The translations under genes were made by a program, and so were the position numbers. Positions 51,894-62,800 of a stretch of 64,000 nucleotides of DNA are shown piece by piece (position 1 is the stretch's first letter; each line of letters opens with the position of its first letter). The notes under the pieces were generated by a model. The model searched no databases and was not told the origin of the DNA. It saw only the letters and a list, made by a program, of their open reading frames with translations. The stretch spans positions 248,001-312,000 of the IMG/VR virus record IMGVR_UViG_3300044712_001255; one strand, 5' to 3'.

Positions 51894-53396
51894 CTAGCGT
51901 AGGTCATTCACTCTAAATGCTGGGGATACGTTTCGATATACGTACTCATTACCTTGCGTAGAAATCATAATGTCTATCGTATACGTGCGTTGATCACGCA
52001 ATGATGACATATCAAGCTCAAAGTACATTCCATCGCCATCACTTGATACTCTTGTCGAGTTGTATGTTGTGTCAAATGGAATGATATTGTCATCAGTCGA
52101 GATGTCTCGTATCTGATAGTGAACATCACGGATCACTAACCCTGGGAGCGCCAAAAACTCCTTTGTTAACTTGATGTATGGAGACAGATAATCGAATATG
52201 TTTACCCTCACAAACACCATCTCATTGGTCTTATGCGACTGACGTAGGCCCGTTGTTGTCACAGTGTAATGGCTATGTTCAATGCGTTTATTCGTCCGTA
52301 GTGGTGGTCTAATTGACAACATCGAACCTGTGACAAACCCGATCGTGTTGTCAACTGACCCCCAAATTGGTATGAATTCAACTGACCCTGATAACAACAA
52401 TTTTGATGCAATTTGATTCGTTAGTGGTACGTTGATTGTAGCGTAGTAAATGCCATCAACTGGTATTGATCCACGAGTGTGTTGTGAACCAGTGAAACCA
52501 AATTCTAACATTCCACCAGAAACTGCCGTTTGTAGTCGAAGAGTGATGCAATTTGTTCCAGTCACTGGCATTGACGCCGACATTAGATTTTGTAATGAAT
52601 TGAATCTATAGTTGTACAGAAATACGTTACAATCACTATCAAATTCAAGTATTTGTGTATCATCTTGTACTGAGTCGTCAAAGCGCACAACTAGACGAGG
52701 ATGCTTTTCTTCATTATATGCATTGCGAGCTGCAAATCTCTTCACAAAGTACGTTCGCGCGTCGTTTTCAAAGTCAGAACTTAGTGAAATACGAAATCCT
52801 TCATCTGGGATTTGACTTGACAATGTGGCGGATATTGCAGCTGTAACGTCTACTGACAGATTTTCTTCTCCGGTTGTGAAGAATTGAGATGCCTTTAGCG
52901 ACACCGCATTTACTGATGTTAAATAATCATGCGCACCAGATGCATCGCCCCCATCATTTGCGCCAGACGCTATCCACACAGAATTTGGATATGAAGCTGT
53001 CAAAAAATTCGTTACATCAAAATCTGCATATTTGACAACGTCACGACCTCTTCCTTCGTCGAAGGATTGAGATAATGGAAAAACATCTATTGTGAAGTTT
53101 TCAGGTGTTGGTTGACCACCATAAACATCAAACAGTTGTAGCTGCGCATTGAAACTTGCATCCGTAATGTCAAGTTCCTTATTTACGATTGCTTTTCGCA
53201 ACTCAGAAAGATCGAACTTTACAAGTAAACGTGACAATTCAATAGGAGATCCAGACAACACGTAGTTGCCTTCGTTGTATAATTTGAACAAATCAAGCGT
53301 AGCTGCGGTACCAACGTTTGAAGTTGAACATCGTACGTTATTGATCACCTTGTCGGTGATGTACGTGTCCTTTGTGACCTGTAGAACCTTGAACAT
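51894..53396 (-). CDS. virion structural protein (DNRLRE-like N-domain)
   Basis: KDTYI...SRLLVKFDL pattern. Confidence 0.55.
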   Translation of the reverse strand: MFKVLQVTKDTYITDKVINNVRCSTSNVGTAATLDLFKLYNEGNYVLSGSPIELSRLLVKFDLSELRKAIVNKELDITDASFNAQLQLFDVYGGQPTPENFTIDVFPLSQSFDEGRGRDVVKYADFDVTNFLTASYPNSVWIASGANDGGDASGAHDYLTSVNAVSLKASQFFTTGEENLSVDVTAAISATLSSQIPDEGFRISLSSDFENDARTYFVKRFAARNAYNEEKHPRLVVRFDDSVQDDTQILEFDSDCNVFLYNYRFNSLQNLMSASMPVTGTNCITLRLQTAVSGGMLEFGFTGSQHTRGSIPVDGIYYATINVPLTNQIASKLLLSGSVEFIPIWGSVDNTIGFVTGSMLSIRPPLRTNKRIEHSHYTVTTTGLRQSHKTNEMVFVRVNIFDYLSPYIKLTKEFLALPGLVIRDVHYQIRDISTDDNIIPFDTTYNSTRVSSDGDGMYFELDMSSLRDQRTYTIDIMISTQGNEYVYRNVSPAFRVNDLR

Positions 53397-53399
53397 GGG

Positions 53400-55235
53400 T
53401 TAGACCGCCCTTCCAATGATATCGACTTCCGGGTATCTGATTTCAAACATTCCTCCCGGAGGTGGGAAAATGATATCCTTGAACGTATTGGATGTTACGT
53501 CAAACGTTCTGTCACTGTAAGAACGATTGTTCACCATACCCGTCATTGTCGTGAATGTCAAAGCATCTGGTCTCACTGAGATGACGCCACGAATTGCCGA
53601 CAATGAATTACGAACCTCTGATAGAATGATGGGTTGATCGATGTAGAAATTTTGTGTTTTGAAGAATTGTTGTAGGCGATTGAGCACGCTTGTTAATACA
53701 AGTTGTTTGTTTAATGCCGGGTCTATCACCACATCAAAATTCAAGCGTAAGTTAATGATTTGACCATCTAACACATCGATCGCGTCTGAGATCATGCGAT
53801 ATGGCGACAAGTATTTCACAAGATTCAACTTTAGTGAATCTGGTGCTGTCACCATCAACCCGTCTGCATCACGTGAAATGATGAATAACTGGGTCGCCAT
53901 TGGATTGTTGGGATTTGCACGAACAGCGGCTCTATACACTCTACCAAAGTTGCTTGGGATAGTATAGACATGCGCAAGCAAGTCTTGACGTGACACCATA
54001 CGTTCCTGCGCTGCTTTTGTCGCAGGAATCAATTCCTTTAACTCATTAATTGTTAACGCGTCCTCTCCACCTGCTGCCCTAGCGTCATTGCTAACTTCGA
54101 TACTGTTTCTTACCTGTGCAGCTATCACAGCAGACGGATTATTTGGGAACGTCATCGTCAATTGAGATACGATTCGAATCTCATTAGGACCAACGTTGTG
54201 ATTTAGACCACCGCCGTATCGATACGTGGCATACAACGTAGTGTTGGTACCAGCAACACCCAAAGTATTTGTCTGCATCATCTTCGTTGGATTAATTGGT
54301 TGTCGAGAGAACGTGCGACGATATGGGTACCGAATTGCAAACGTTGAAGGGTCTGGTATGATATCGTCTTCAAGTGAGTCTGCAGAACCACCACCAAACG
54401 TTAGAGTTGTTTTTCGGCTACCGATATTGACGTTCTTCGTAAATCTGTAAGGCGCAGGAATGATCTTGATAGCTTCGGGTACATCACCAGAATCATCGCG
54501 ATAATTTGGAATGTTTTGATACACTACATCATCAGTCAACGCTGAAACTTCGTAGTAATCATTTCCCAAGGCATCATATACAGATATGATTTGTGTTACA
54601 TGCGCATTTGTGAGTGTTAGTTGTCTGAACGGAACAAACTGCGTTCCAATTTCAAACGTGTCAGTTGTTTCCTGCCCAGAGATACACTCTCCCGACATGA
54701 ACATAACATAAGACAGCACGGCACCTGACGATGATGTTTTGCCAATTTTGATCGTTGCGTAATAATCGCCATTTGCCTTCTTGCGTGTGAAGTCAACGTC
54801 TTCTAACAAAATAAATTGCACGCCATTGTCTGATAACAACGTTGAGTTTGCCTTAATGATGGGTAACGCGTCTACATTTGGGCCCGTCGGTCCAGCGGGT
54901 ACTTGAATGTAGAAAGATACGTCAACTACGGCTGGTGATGCGCCAGACACAGGAACGCCAGAATTGAGCAGGTGTCTTTCTACGTTTCTATTTTCAACTG
55001 CGAGTTGCGGGTCTAGTTCATGGTATTGATGATCTAGATAAAACGCCATGTTATCGCCGACGAATGCGGCAAAATCGATGAGCAAACCACCAAGACCGTT
55101 CTCAGAAAAATCCTGAATCTTGTCAGGGTAGTACCGCCTGGCATAATTCACGAGTTCTGCTCGCAGTGAGTCGAAGTCTCGAGCCAGATAGTTGCGTTGG
55201 CGTGGCTCCTTGATGATAGTATTTTTGAGTGCCAT
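53400..55235 (-). CDS. baseplate wedge protein (T4 gp6/J-like)
   Basis: YLARDFDSLRAEL, DFAAFVGDNMAFYLD, AAGGED, QERMVSRQD. Confidence 0.8.
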   Translation of the reverse strand: MALKNTIIKEPRQRNYLARDFDSLRAELVNYARRYYPDKIQDFSENGLGGLLIDFAAFVGDNMAFYLDHQYHELDPQLAVENRNVERHLLNSGVPVSGASPAVVDVSFYIQVPAGPTGPNVDALPIIKANSTLLSDNGVQFILLEDVDFTRKKANGDYYATIKIGKTSSSGAVLSYVMFMSGECISGQETTDTFEIGTQFVPFRQLTLTNAHVTQIISVYDALGNDYYEVSALTDDVVYQNIPNYRDDSGDVPEAIKIIPAPYRFTKNVNIGSRKTTLTFGGGSADSLEDDIIPDPSTFAIRYPYRRTFSRQPINPTKMMQTNTLGVAGTNTTLYATYRYGGGLNHNVGPNEIRIVSQLTMTFPNNPSAVIAAQVRNSIEVSNDARAAGGEDALTINELKELIPATKAAQERMVSRQDLLAHVYTIPSNFGRVYRAAVRANPNNPMATQLFIISRDADGLMVTAPDSLKLNLVKYLSPYRMISDAIDVLDGQIINLRLNFDVVIDPALNKQLVLTSVLNRLQQFFKTQNFYIDQPIILSEVRNSLSAIRGVISVRPDALTFTTMTGMVNNRSYSDRTFDVTSNTFKDIIFPPPGGMFEIRYPEVDIIGRAV

Positions 55236-55265
55236 AGCGGTTCACACGATAAGTATCGAGCTGCA

Positions 55266-55742
55266 TTACGTCACATACAACGTGATTTCGATGATAGCGT
55301 TCTTGACGTCTAGCGCAGCGACGTCGTACGTTACCATGATCTTAATCGCGGCAACGCGGTTGTTTTTGTTGTTTCTGTCGACGGACGACGCGAAGTTGTT
55401 CAATGAGATATACGGCATCCACTTCGTCACGGCGTTTCTGATGCGTTCAATTGCTTGAGAATCAAAATCATCCAATGAGACGAGTTCTGTTGTTATCGGT
55501 CGGAGGTTGGCACCGTAGTCGTAAAGACCGAGTCTTTCACCGTAGTTTGTAAGTAATAGATTGCGTAGATTGTCGGCAACTTGGTCTTTCAATGAATATG
55601 TGACATCAAATATCAACCCACCCGTAGACGAACGTAACGGGGTCTTAATGCCATACATTGTAGGCGTTTTTGCAGCAGAAGTTGATGACTCAATGTTGTC
55701 TTGAGTTGTTTTGCCGGCGCTGCGAAAGCTAAAGTTTCCCAT
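55266..55742 (-). CDS. baseplate gp25-like protein
   Basis: QVADNLRNLLLTNYGERL..YGANL...I..W.PYI. Confidence 0.8.
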   Translation of the reverse strand: MGNFSFRSAGKTTQDNIESSTSAAKTPTMYGIKTPLRSSTGGLIFDVTYSLKDQVADNLRNLLLTNYGERLGLYDYGANLRPITTELVSLDDFDSQAIERIRNAVTKWMPYISLNNFASSVDRNNKNNRVAAIKIMVTYDVAALDVKNAIIEITLYVT

Positions 55743-55749
55743 TTAGACC

Positions 55750-57381
55750 TCAATCGTTATATTTGTTCTCTGACGACGTGTCAGGTTGATACTCTTTCGG
55801 TTTTGGACGTCCAGTATCAGCAGTAACTACCTTCTCACTGTCGATGACATACCGAACAACGCGTCGATTGCCTGTCTTAGTTGAATTTAGCGCGAACGGA
55901 ACCTGATAAGTCTTGTTGCTTGACCCAAGCTCAAATCTGTATTCATCTGAAGCGACAGCAGACGGGTACAGTGGGCCGTTGGGATCTGAAGTCTTGGGGT
56001 TCAACTTATCGGGTGATCCTCCACCAATTGTTGCTATCGTTTTCCCATTATTTTCTCCACCGCCGTAATCATCTACGAACAGTTCAGCGTGCAACTCAGC
56101 GTCAGTCGCGCCGATGATAACGAAATCTCCCTTTTTGAACGATGGTATTGTTTTGTCACCTTTTTCATAGTTGAATAACACGGCATCACGTCTTGTTGCT
56201 TCACGAATTAGCAATGTTATGGCAGAGCCGTCTGCGTAAGGTCCTTCAAAATAACCTGTTTGTTTACCGTTCTTTTCATATTCTACAAAGTCGCGAGTGC
56301 CCGCTGCTATCAAACAACTTCTGACAAACATGCCACATGAAGATGCTGTTTTTGCGAAATTCACTGCTTTTTGCAATGGGTCACCAGTTTTAGGATCAAG
56401 ATCAGTTGGCATCAACGATTGTGTATACTTCTGGCTGTCTTTCCCCCAACTGCTGTTCACCATTTTATTTGCGTGGTCAATAATCTTTTCCCTTGGAGAG
56501 CGTTGTTTTGCTGTAGATTTCTCTGGTGGTGGTGGACGATACCCATACATGTCGCCAAGCCCGCCAACTGCCCCACCAGATGCTGAACCTAACGTAGCGC
56601 CTACTATGAGAATCGAAGCACATTCTACAGTTTTCTTTACAAGAACAATGTTCGTAGCGATTTGTAATGCTGGATTTGGGCCATTCGGCGCAGGAAAAGC
56701 GCCATAAATCAACTTACAGATGCCTGATAGTTGTAAGCCTAACAATGGTAATAAAATGTCAGGTGATAACATCCCAGGCACTATCATTGTTGGCAATTCT
56801 AACAACTTCAGGTTCAGCTTCACCAACTCGCCCATAAGCGCAATATCATACGATGGAAAATTCACCTTTGGTATGTCAATAGCAGGCGGTTTTGGTATAC
56901 ACAATTGAGCCAACTCAGGAATCTTTACTGCGAAATCTGGTGGTTGTATTTCCAATTTCATTAGAAGCATTGGAAGATTACCCATCAAACTTGGAAATTC
57001 TCCAAAGCTAATCTGTGGCATTGGCAAATTTGCTGATGCTGCCAATGATATTGGATCGAACATTAGTGGAAATAATGCTCGAATGCCTTCGACATTGAAT
57101 GCCGCAGCGATGTTGGCGTACGTACCAAAATTTGTGCTACGCCAATCATGATAGATTTCTTTGTTTGTTAAGTAATCATCTGGTAAAGTCGTACCAGCGG
57201 GTAACGGTGGAACAACAGGAAAGCAATCTCCAAACATCGGTGGAATGACACTTGACGATCCGTCAGACAACACCTTTTTGACGTCTTTGATAAAGCTGTC
57301 TTTTGCGCCAGACGTAAGAATAGCTTTTCCTGTGTGGCTACCCACTATTAGGACACCAGCGTCTTCTTGAGTCCACCCCAT
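55750..57381 (-). CDS. tail-associated protein with Pro-rich region and possible CHAP/NlpC-like C-terminus
   Basis: ASSCGMFVR (Cys), LHAELF (His). Confidence 0.45.
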   Translation of the reverse strand: MGWTQEDAGVLIVGSHTGKAILTSGAKDSFIKDVKKVLSDGSSSVIPPMFGDCFPVVPPLPAGTTLPDDYLTNKEIYHDWRSTNFGTYANIAAAFNVEGIRALFPLMFDPISLAASANLPMPQISFGEFPSLMGNLPMLLMKLEIQPPDFAVKIPELAQLCIPKPPAIDIPKVNFPSYDIALMGELVKLNLKLLELPTMIVPGMLSPDILLPLLGLQLSGICKLIYGAFPAPNGPNPALQIATNIVLVKKTVECASILIVGATLGSASGGAVGGLGDMYGYRPPPPEKSTAKQRSPREKIIDHANKMVNSSWGKDSQKYTQSLMPTDLDPKTGDPLQKAVNFAKTASSCGMFVRSCLIAAGTRDFVEYEKNGKQTGYFEGPYADGSAITLLIREATRRDAVLFNYEKGDKTIPSFKKGDFVIIGATDAELHAELFVDDYGGGENNGKTIATIGGGSPDKLNPKTSDPNGPLYPSAVASDEYRFELGSSNKTYQVPFALNSTKTGNRRVVRYVIDSEKVVTADTGRPKPKEYQPDTSSENKYND

Positions 57382-57384
57382 GAT

Positions 57385-58896
57385 TCACGCCTTCACCAAT
57401 AAACGATTTGCCCAAACGCCTTGAGCTGGTACACCTGTCACTAATTGCCCACCCATCGTAGATATCGGACCAGGGCCTGACACCTTGCCAGTGTCTCTGT
57501 CAAACGTGCATTTTATGCCAGACACTAAAACGCCCTTATCGGCGTCTTCACCACCAAGCTTGATGCAACCACGTTTGCCAGGCTTGAAAATGAAATCACC
57601 AGCTGGTGTTATCGCAAACGCTGCCCATTCATCAATGTTCTCGACGCGTTTCATGCGTCCTTCATTGTCCCCATCTGGTTCATATGTTGTCACGTAAAAT
57701 ACAACGTCAGAACGAGCGATGATGCGTACTTTGTCTGAGGACACGACAACACCACTATCACCAGACACGGCAGATGTTAATTTTTCTTTATCTTCCCCTC
57801 TGTCTAAGATTGCCTTGCCACCGTCTTGTTCTGTGAAATTCGCCTTATTGAACTTGTCTATTTTGAAATTACGATCTATTAACGTCGTGTTTGCTATCAA
57901 CACTCTAGAACGATCATTCACGTAATCAATATCGCCTTCGTTAGGCACGAGTTCTTGCGCAGCTTTTCCAAGTTCATCAAATCCTATTAGATTTGTGACG
58001 ACTTTTCCAGAAGTTTCTGGTGTTTGCCCACGGCCCACAACAAGATCTAAAACGCCGGTATTCTTACCCGTAACGTCAGTTGTTGGTATTGATGTTGTGA
58101 TACCACGTTCATCATCTTTTTCTGTTGTCAGAGCCTTATTCAAGCGATCAGTTCCAAAGATGATAGCTTGGTTATTTGACCCTTCGAACACAAGGTCGGC
58201 AGGGCGCTTACGAAAACGTGGTACTGCTTCTTTATTGATAAGACCACTTACGATGCTATTAGTGATTATATCTTCATACGCATCAGGACCGCCCGAGATG
58301 TATCTTGAATCTGCTAGCGTGAATGGCTCATCATTCTCGTCTTTTGCCGCGATACCATTGTACAGATGGTATATTGGGTCTGTCTTTCCAGACGCTAACG
58401 CTTTTGCAGATTCACCAAGAAAAAAGCCAGGATCGACGTCTCTTGGCGCATGTGAATGATTCACGTCATCAGTGTGTTGAAACGTCACTGCTCTCCACAA
58501 CCACCAACATATTTCTATGCTTTTCACTTCTGGCGATTCAGCAAATGCCCAAACATGTTCGCCAGGTTTGCACGGCAGAGAAATATGTGAAGGCAAAAAT
58601 GGAAAGAAGAATTGTGGTTGCGTTAGTTCTGACGCATCTAGTAACAGTCTCTGACCAACGATTGTATTTCTTGGTAACACGGCACCAAGATTTGCATTGA
58701 TCACCCCAAGATCTTGAAAGTATGTCAAGGTAGCATTATCGATTACAGTTGGATCACAAATTACGTCTAACACAACGACGCGAAAGAAATTTGGTACGGG
58801 AGGTCCATCACCACGATGATACAATGCCTCCCAATTTCGAGCTACGTCAGCTTTACCTTGGGCAATTGCTCCAAATTTGTCGATAATGCCGGTCAT
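57385..58896 (-). CDS. baseplate hub/spike-like (gp5/VgrG-like) protein
   Basis: FPF.P.H..LPCKPGEHVW, DLVFEGSNNQAIIFG; next to gp25. Confidence 0.55.
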   Translation of the reverse strand: MTGIIDKFGAIAQGKADVARNWEALYHRGDGPPVPNFFRVVVLDVICDPTVIDNATLTYFQDLGVINANLGAVLPRNTIVGQRLLLDASELTQPQFFFPFLPSHISLPCKPGEHVWAFAESPEVKSIEICWWLWRAVTFQHTDDVNHSHAPRDVDPGFFLGESAKALASGKTDPIYHLYNGIAAKDENDEPFTLADSRYISGGPDAYEDIITNSIVSGLINKEAVPRFRKRPADLVFEGSNNQAIIFGTDRLNKALTTEKDDERGITTSIPTTDVTGKNTGVLDLVVGRGQTPETSGKVVTNLIGFDELGKAAQELVPNEGDIDYVNDRSRVLIANTTLIDRNFKIDKFNKANFTEQDGGKAILDRGEDKEKLTSAVSGDSGVVVSSDKVRIIARSDVVFYVTTYEPDGDNEGRMKRVENIDEWAAFAITPAGDFIFKPGKRGCIKLGGEDADKGVLVSGIKCTFDRDTGKVSGPGPISTMGGQLVTGVPAQGVWANRLLVKA

Positions 58897-59264
58897 TAAT
58901 TCTTGCCTTTGATCTGATTGAAGAGATCTTCAGCGGACACATTCTCTTCGGAACTTTTTGCCTTTGCAACAAGTTCTGCTAGACGAATCAATTGGTCATT
59001 TGCCTTACTCATACGTTCAAGAAAAGACGCCATGGTTTTGCCATGTACGGCGTGTTCCGAGCTTTTCTTTTGGCATATCTCAACTAACACCAAGTAGTTT
59101 TGCATCGCATTCTGTCGATCAGTGATTGCATTTTCGTAGATTTCCAACCACAAAAGACGCTTTTTATCGTCCAGACTTTCAATGTCAGACAGCAACTGCC
59201 TGAAATTGACAAGCTTTTTGCCAATGCTGACTACGTTATCATTCAAAGAGTCTGAATCGGGCAT
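58896..59264 (-). CDS. helical hypothetical protein
   Basis: 122-aa coiled ORF coupled to sigma-like gene. Confidence 0.55.
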   Translation of the reverse strand: MPDSDSLNDNVVSIGKKLVNFRQLLSDIESLDDKKRLLWLEIYENAITDRQNAMQNYLVLVEICQKKSSEHAVHGKTMASFLERMSKANDQLIRLAELVAKAKSSEENVSAEDLFNQIKGKN

Positions 59265-60066
59265 CTGTCTTTATCCTTCGATAGTGTCGCTTGATTTGCT
59301 GCATGGTTGTTGTGAGTTGCTTTGGGCTGAGTCCAGACAGCTCTCTTAGATAGAGCAAAATTGCGCCCTTATTCAACAAATCAAGATCATCAATGTTTTC
59401 AAAAATAGTGATGATAGAATTGATGCATACGAGCTCGTTCTCTGTCTTTGACTTCCCTCTAATCTCATATAGCATGTCAACAATTCCTTGAGCCGAATTT
59501 TGTTGTTCAAGGATGACATCTTGGCTTGGAATAGTACAGTGATCTTCAATGATCTTCGTTTCATGCGCATTTAGTGCATCTGGATCATCTAGACTCACTG
59601 AGCGACGAGATCGAGTTGTCTTTTGTTTTGTCTTGATGACGAGCCAATTTTTTGCAACAACGTTGAAATAACTGAACGCATTTGTCCCACGGGTTGCATC
59701 AAATTTGCTGATCGTTTCGAACAAAAAGTTGACGCAATCATTCTTCAGATCATCGTAAGATTCATGCATCGCAGAAAATTTATGGATGTTTATCAGGTTC
59801 TCAGCGAGCTTCTGAAATGCTGGCATGATATCTGTGACATAAATCTTCTCACGCTCCTTTGCAAGCGTTGACTGCTGATACGCTACGATTGCCGCTTGCG
59901 TACCCGCATGAAAATACATCTTGTTAGGATTGGGCGCGGCACCCGTCTTGCCTCGACGTCGAATAACGCGAGGCTTTGCATCAACGACCTTTTTCTTTTC
60001 CTTAGGTTGTTTCTTGGTCGTTTGCTTGACTTGAGTTTTCTTGTTCTTGACGGGTGTTGTACTCAT
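59239..60066 (-). CDS. gp55-like late sigma factor
   Basis: YFHAGTQAAI..Y, LKNDCVNFL...KFDATRGTNAFSYFNVVAKNWL. Confidence 0.65.
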   Translation of the reverse strand: MSTTPVKNKKTQVKQTTKKQPKEKKKVVDAKPRVIRRRGKTGAAPNPNKMYFHAGTQAAIVAYQQSTLAKEREKIYVTDIMPAFQKLAENLINIHKFSAMHESYDDLKNDCVNFLFETISKFDATRGTNAFSYFNVVAKNWLVIKTKQKTTRSRRSVSLDDPDALNAHETKIIEDHCTIPSQDVILEQQNSAQGIVDMLYEIRGKSKTENELVCINSIITIFENIDDLDLLNKGAILLYLRELSGLSPKQLTTTMQQIKRHYRRIKTDARFRLFE

Positions 60067-60379
60067 CTATTGCCTCTCGTAGATTCTCTAGCAGCCCTGT
60101 GATGTCATCACGCCCTTGTTTGACCACCTTTACCAGGTGTTGAATGATGGGATCGTCGCTTGTGACCGGATATTTGGAAACCTTGTCAATATCATTATGA
60201 ATTCGTGATATGACAGTTCGTGTTTGATTGAGAAATTTCGCGCCGATATCATGCGCTTCTTCAACATCGCTTTCAAGCTGGATGACTTGGTTTGCTAGCG
60301 ACAAGGCTCGCGTCAACAACCAAATTGATGTACCAAGAAAAAGCAACGTCGTTATTGCGAAAATGATCGTCCAAATCAT
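60002..60379 (-). CDS. membrane-anchored coiled-coil protein
   Basis: N-terminal TM. Confidence 0.5.
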   Translation of the reverse strand: MIWTIIFAITTLLFLGTSIWLLTRALSLANQVIQLESDVEEAHDIGAKFLNQTRTVISRIHNDIDKVSKYPVTSDDPIIQHLVKVVKQGRDDITGLLENLREAIDEYNTRQEQENSSQANDQETT

Positions 60380-61533
60380 AGCACACCTTGGAACGTAGAT
60401 TCATACGTTTTTGCAATTTCATTGAATGAGTAACGTGGAACGATCTTTGATTGTAAGTCAAGAGCCCACTGTCGTGGTACGTCGTGAGATTCATAGAACT
60501 TACGAACTCTCTTCTTGAAGTCTAATGCTGACGGTTCAGCCCACTTTGCACCTTCCATGAAGATCTGATTATCAACTCGAGACTTGTGAATTGCTCGAAG
60601 GTCATAATACACTTCGATGAATTTGCCAAGCTTGAGGAAGTCCATATGACCAGACCACCCGGTTGCGATGATAGGCAATCCACTTGCAGCTGCCTCTAGC
60701 GTTGGCAAACCGTATCCTTCGCCACGTGTCAAAGAAACGAAGCACTTTACCTTTGGATGTTGGTATAGCGCTGCAACTTCATCATCAGACATTGCGCCGT
60801 GTAGCAAGTGAATGCGTGGATATGGGCCCTTACGCACTTCACCAATCAATTTCTGCACGAGGCGCGTGACATTGTGTCGATCGATGCGAGTATTTCTTGC
60901 AGTGTTTGTCTTCAAGATGATGCCAACGTCGCCGTTATTTGCAAACTCTTCGCACAACCAACGCAACGTGTAAAAGATGTTCTTGCGATCATTTTCTGGA
61001 TTTGTACCCGTTATTTGACCGAACACAAGAAAGTTGAAATCAGTAGAAATGTCAAGATCAAGCTGCGGCATCTTCGTAGCTACGGCGTCATGATAAGCCT
61101 CTGGGATGACGTGCAGTGGAACTGTGATGTTACCCGTATTTGTCAATGCCTTCTTGACATGTTCCGACGGTACTACGATTGCCTGCATCTTGTTGCACGC
61201 ATTGATCCACGCAGGATTGCACTTATCAGTTTCAACTGCGGCAGTTACACCAACATTGAATCGCGCCAAATTTGGATCCCATTCATTTGGTAACTGAACT
61301 TGAAAACTTACGTCTACAGGCTGATTGATGGGTTTTGATCTCTGCATGATCTTACCGATCAACCCATCGTTCAATGATTCATTCAATAACCAAGGCGTTG
61401 CACCCCATGGAAGCGCGCCCATTATGACATCATTATCGCCCGGTCGTTCAATCAACCAACGAGCGATTTGTCGAGAATGAACGCCATACCCAGACTGCGT
61501 GAGAACAGGGCCTCTTACAACAATTTGCTTCAT
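60376..61533 (-). CDS. glycosyltransferase family 4
   Basis: SGYG N-terminus, RKN, RGEGYGLPTLEA (EX7E). Confidence 0.8.
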   Translation of the reverse strand: MKQIVVRGPVLTQSGYGVHSRQIARWLIERPGDNDVIMGALPWGATPWLLNESLNDGLIGKIMQRSKPINQPVDVSFQVQLPNEWDPNLARFNVGVTAAVETDKCNPAWINACNKMQAIVVPSEHVKKALTNTGNITVPLHVIPEAYHDAVATKMPQLDLDISTDFNFLVFGQITGTNPENDRKNIFYTLRWLCEEFANNGDVGIILKTNTARNTRIDRHNVTRLVQKLIGEVRKGPYPRIHLLHGAMSDDEVAALYQHPKVKCFVSLTRGEGYGLPTLEAAASGLPIIATGWSGHMDFLKLGKFIEVYYDLRAIHKSRVDNQIFMEGAKWAEPSALDFKKRVRKFYESHDVPRQWALDLQSKIVPRYSFNEIAKTYESTFQGVL

Positions 61534-61534
61534 T

Positions 61535-62779
61535 TTAGATCTCCTTAATTGACCACGGCTTGTAATTTTGACGCCAATTCTTCAACGTTGATTCGAGTGA
61601 TTCATCCCATTTGGTTATCAAATCATCCATACGATAATCGCGTTCTGCGTGGGCTCGGCACTTCTTTGAAAGTTCGATCTTTTCGTCTACTGACAACGCA
61701 TAAATCTTCATGATAGCGTCGCTAAACGTCTTGTTGGAAACAAAATCCTCGTAGATATAAGGGATTGCCTGATTTCCGGTACACACCCTGACCTCCGGAT
61801 CAAGACCAATTCCATAGTGGACGCCAGTCTGATGATCAACAAGCTGGCGTGTTAGCCCACCTGTCTTTATGGTGATAGCTGGAACACCCGCTAGTTTTCC
61901 TTCCAGGATAGGCACGCCAAATCCTTCATTACATGATCTGTTTAGCTGCACATCAGAGATGTTGTAGAGCATATTCATCATATCGAAGCCAATACGCTCT
62001 TGCGAATAGACAACATTGTCAGTTATACCGTACATGTTGACAACTTCATACAGATTTGACCCTTCCTTGTCAAGAGGATCGGTATGCATCACCAACGTAG
62101 CTTTACGATGTCCATGCTTTTGCTGTAATTCATCAAGGAAGATCTTCCATGATGCTATGATATCATTCACCATCTTTCGTCGAGCGTTACGGCCTACGTA
62201 CAACCCAATGAAATGATCTGCCCGTTGATCGCCAATCAAACGTCGCTTGTGTTGTAACGCTTCTTCTCGAGAGAACGGCTTGTAAATCTCAAATGGCACA
62301 GCATGTGGAATGTAGTTCGTACGTTCTGGTAACCACTTATGCACCATCTCGTACGTTGGATAGTTGATGCAATTGATCAAGTCAGTGGATTCGTATAGCA
62401 CCTTATTAAACTCAGGGGCTGGGTCGTTATCCCACAGATGGTTATAAACTATTGGACAGACTTGATGTATTTCATCCTCCTGTTCCCAAACCCAATAGAA
62501 GAATCTAGGGTCAGTAAATAGAAAAATTGCATCTGGCTTTTCGATCGCCAATGCTTGTCTAAGCATCTGTGGATCGCCAAATCCATCCGTTGGCTTAATG
62601 ATGAAATCCTCATTAACAACTACGGTACGATAATCTTCGTGCTTTACCGCTCCCCCAAAACAACGAAAGCTATATTTACCTGTCTTAACAAGTCCTTCTA
62701 TCAACCAACGTGCCTGAACACCGACACCCGACGTTGATAAAGGGTGATCACTTAACATCAAAATCTTATGCTTATGCAT
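61535..62779 (-). CDS. glycosyltransferase family 4
   Basis: STSGVG, GRNARRK, NEGFGVPILE (EX7E). Confidence 0.8.
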   Translation of the reverse strand: MHKHKILMLSDHPLSTSGVGVQARWLIEGLVKTGKYSFRCFGGAVKHEDYRTVVVNEDFIIKPTDGFGDPQMLRQALAIEKPDAIFLFTDPRFFYWVWEQEDEIHQVCPIVYNHLWDNDPAPEFNKVLYESTDLINCINYPTYEMVHKWLPERTNYIPHAVPFEIYKPFSREEALQHKRRLIGDQRADHFIGLYVGRNARRKMVNDIIASWKIFLDELQQKHGHRKATLVMHTDPLDKEGSNLYEVVNMYGITDNVVYSQERIGFDMMNMLYNISDVQLNRSCNEGFGVPILEGKLAGVPAITIKTGGLTRQLVDHQTGVHYGIGLDPEVRVCTGNQAIPYIYEDFVSNKTFSDAIMKIYALSVDEKIELSKKCRAHAERDYRMDDLITKWDESLESTLKNWRQNYKPWSIKEI

Positions 62780-62800
62780 AAGTCAACAATACTACGATCG

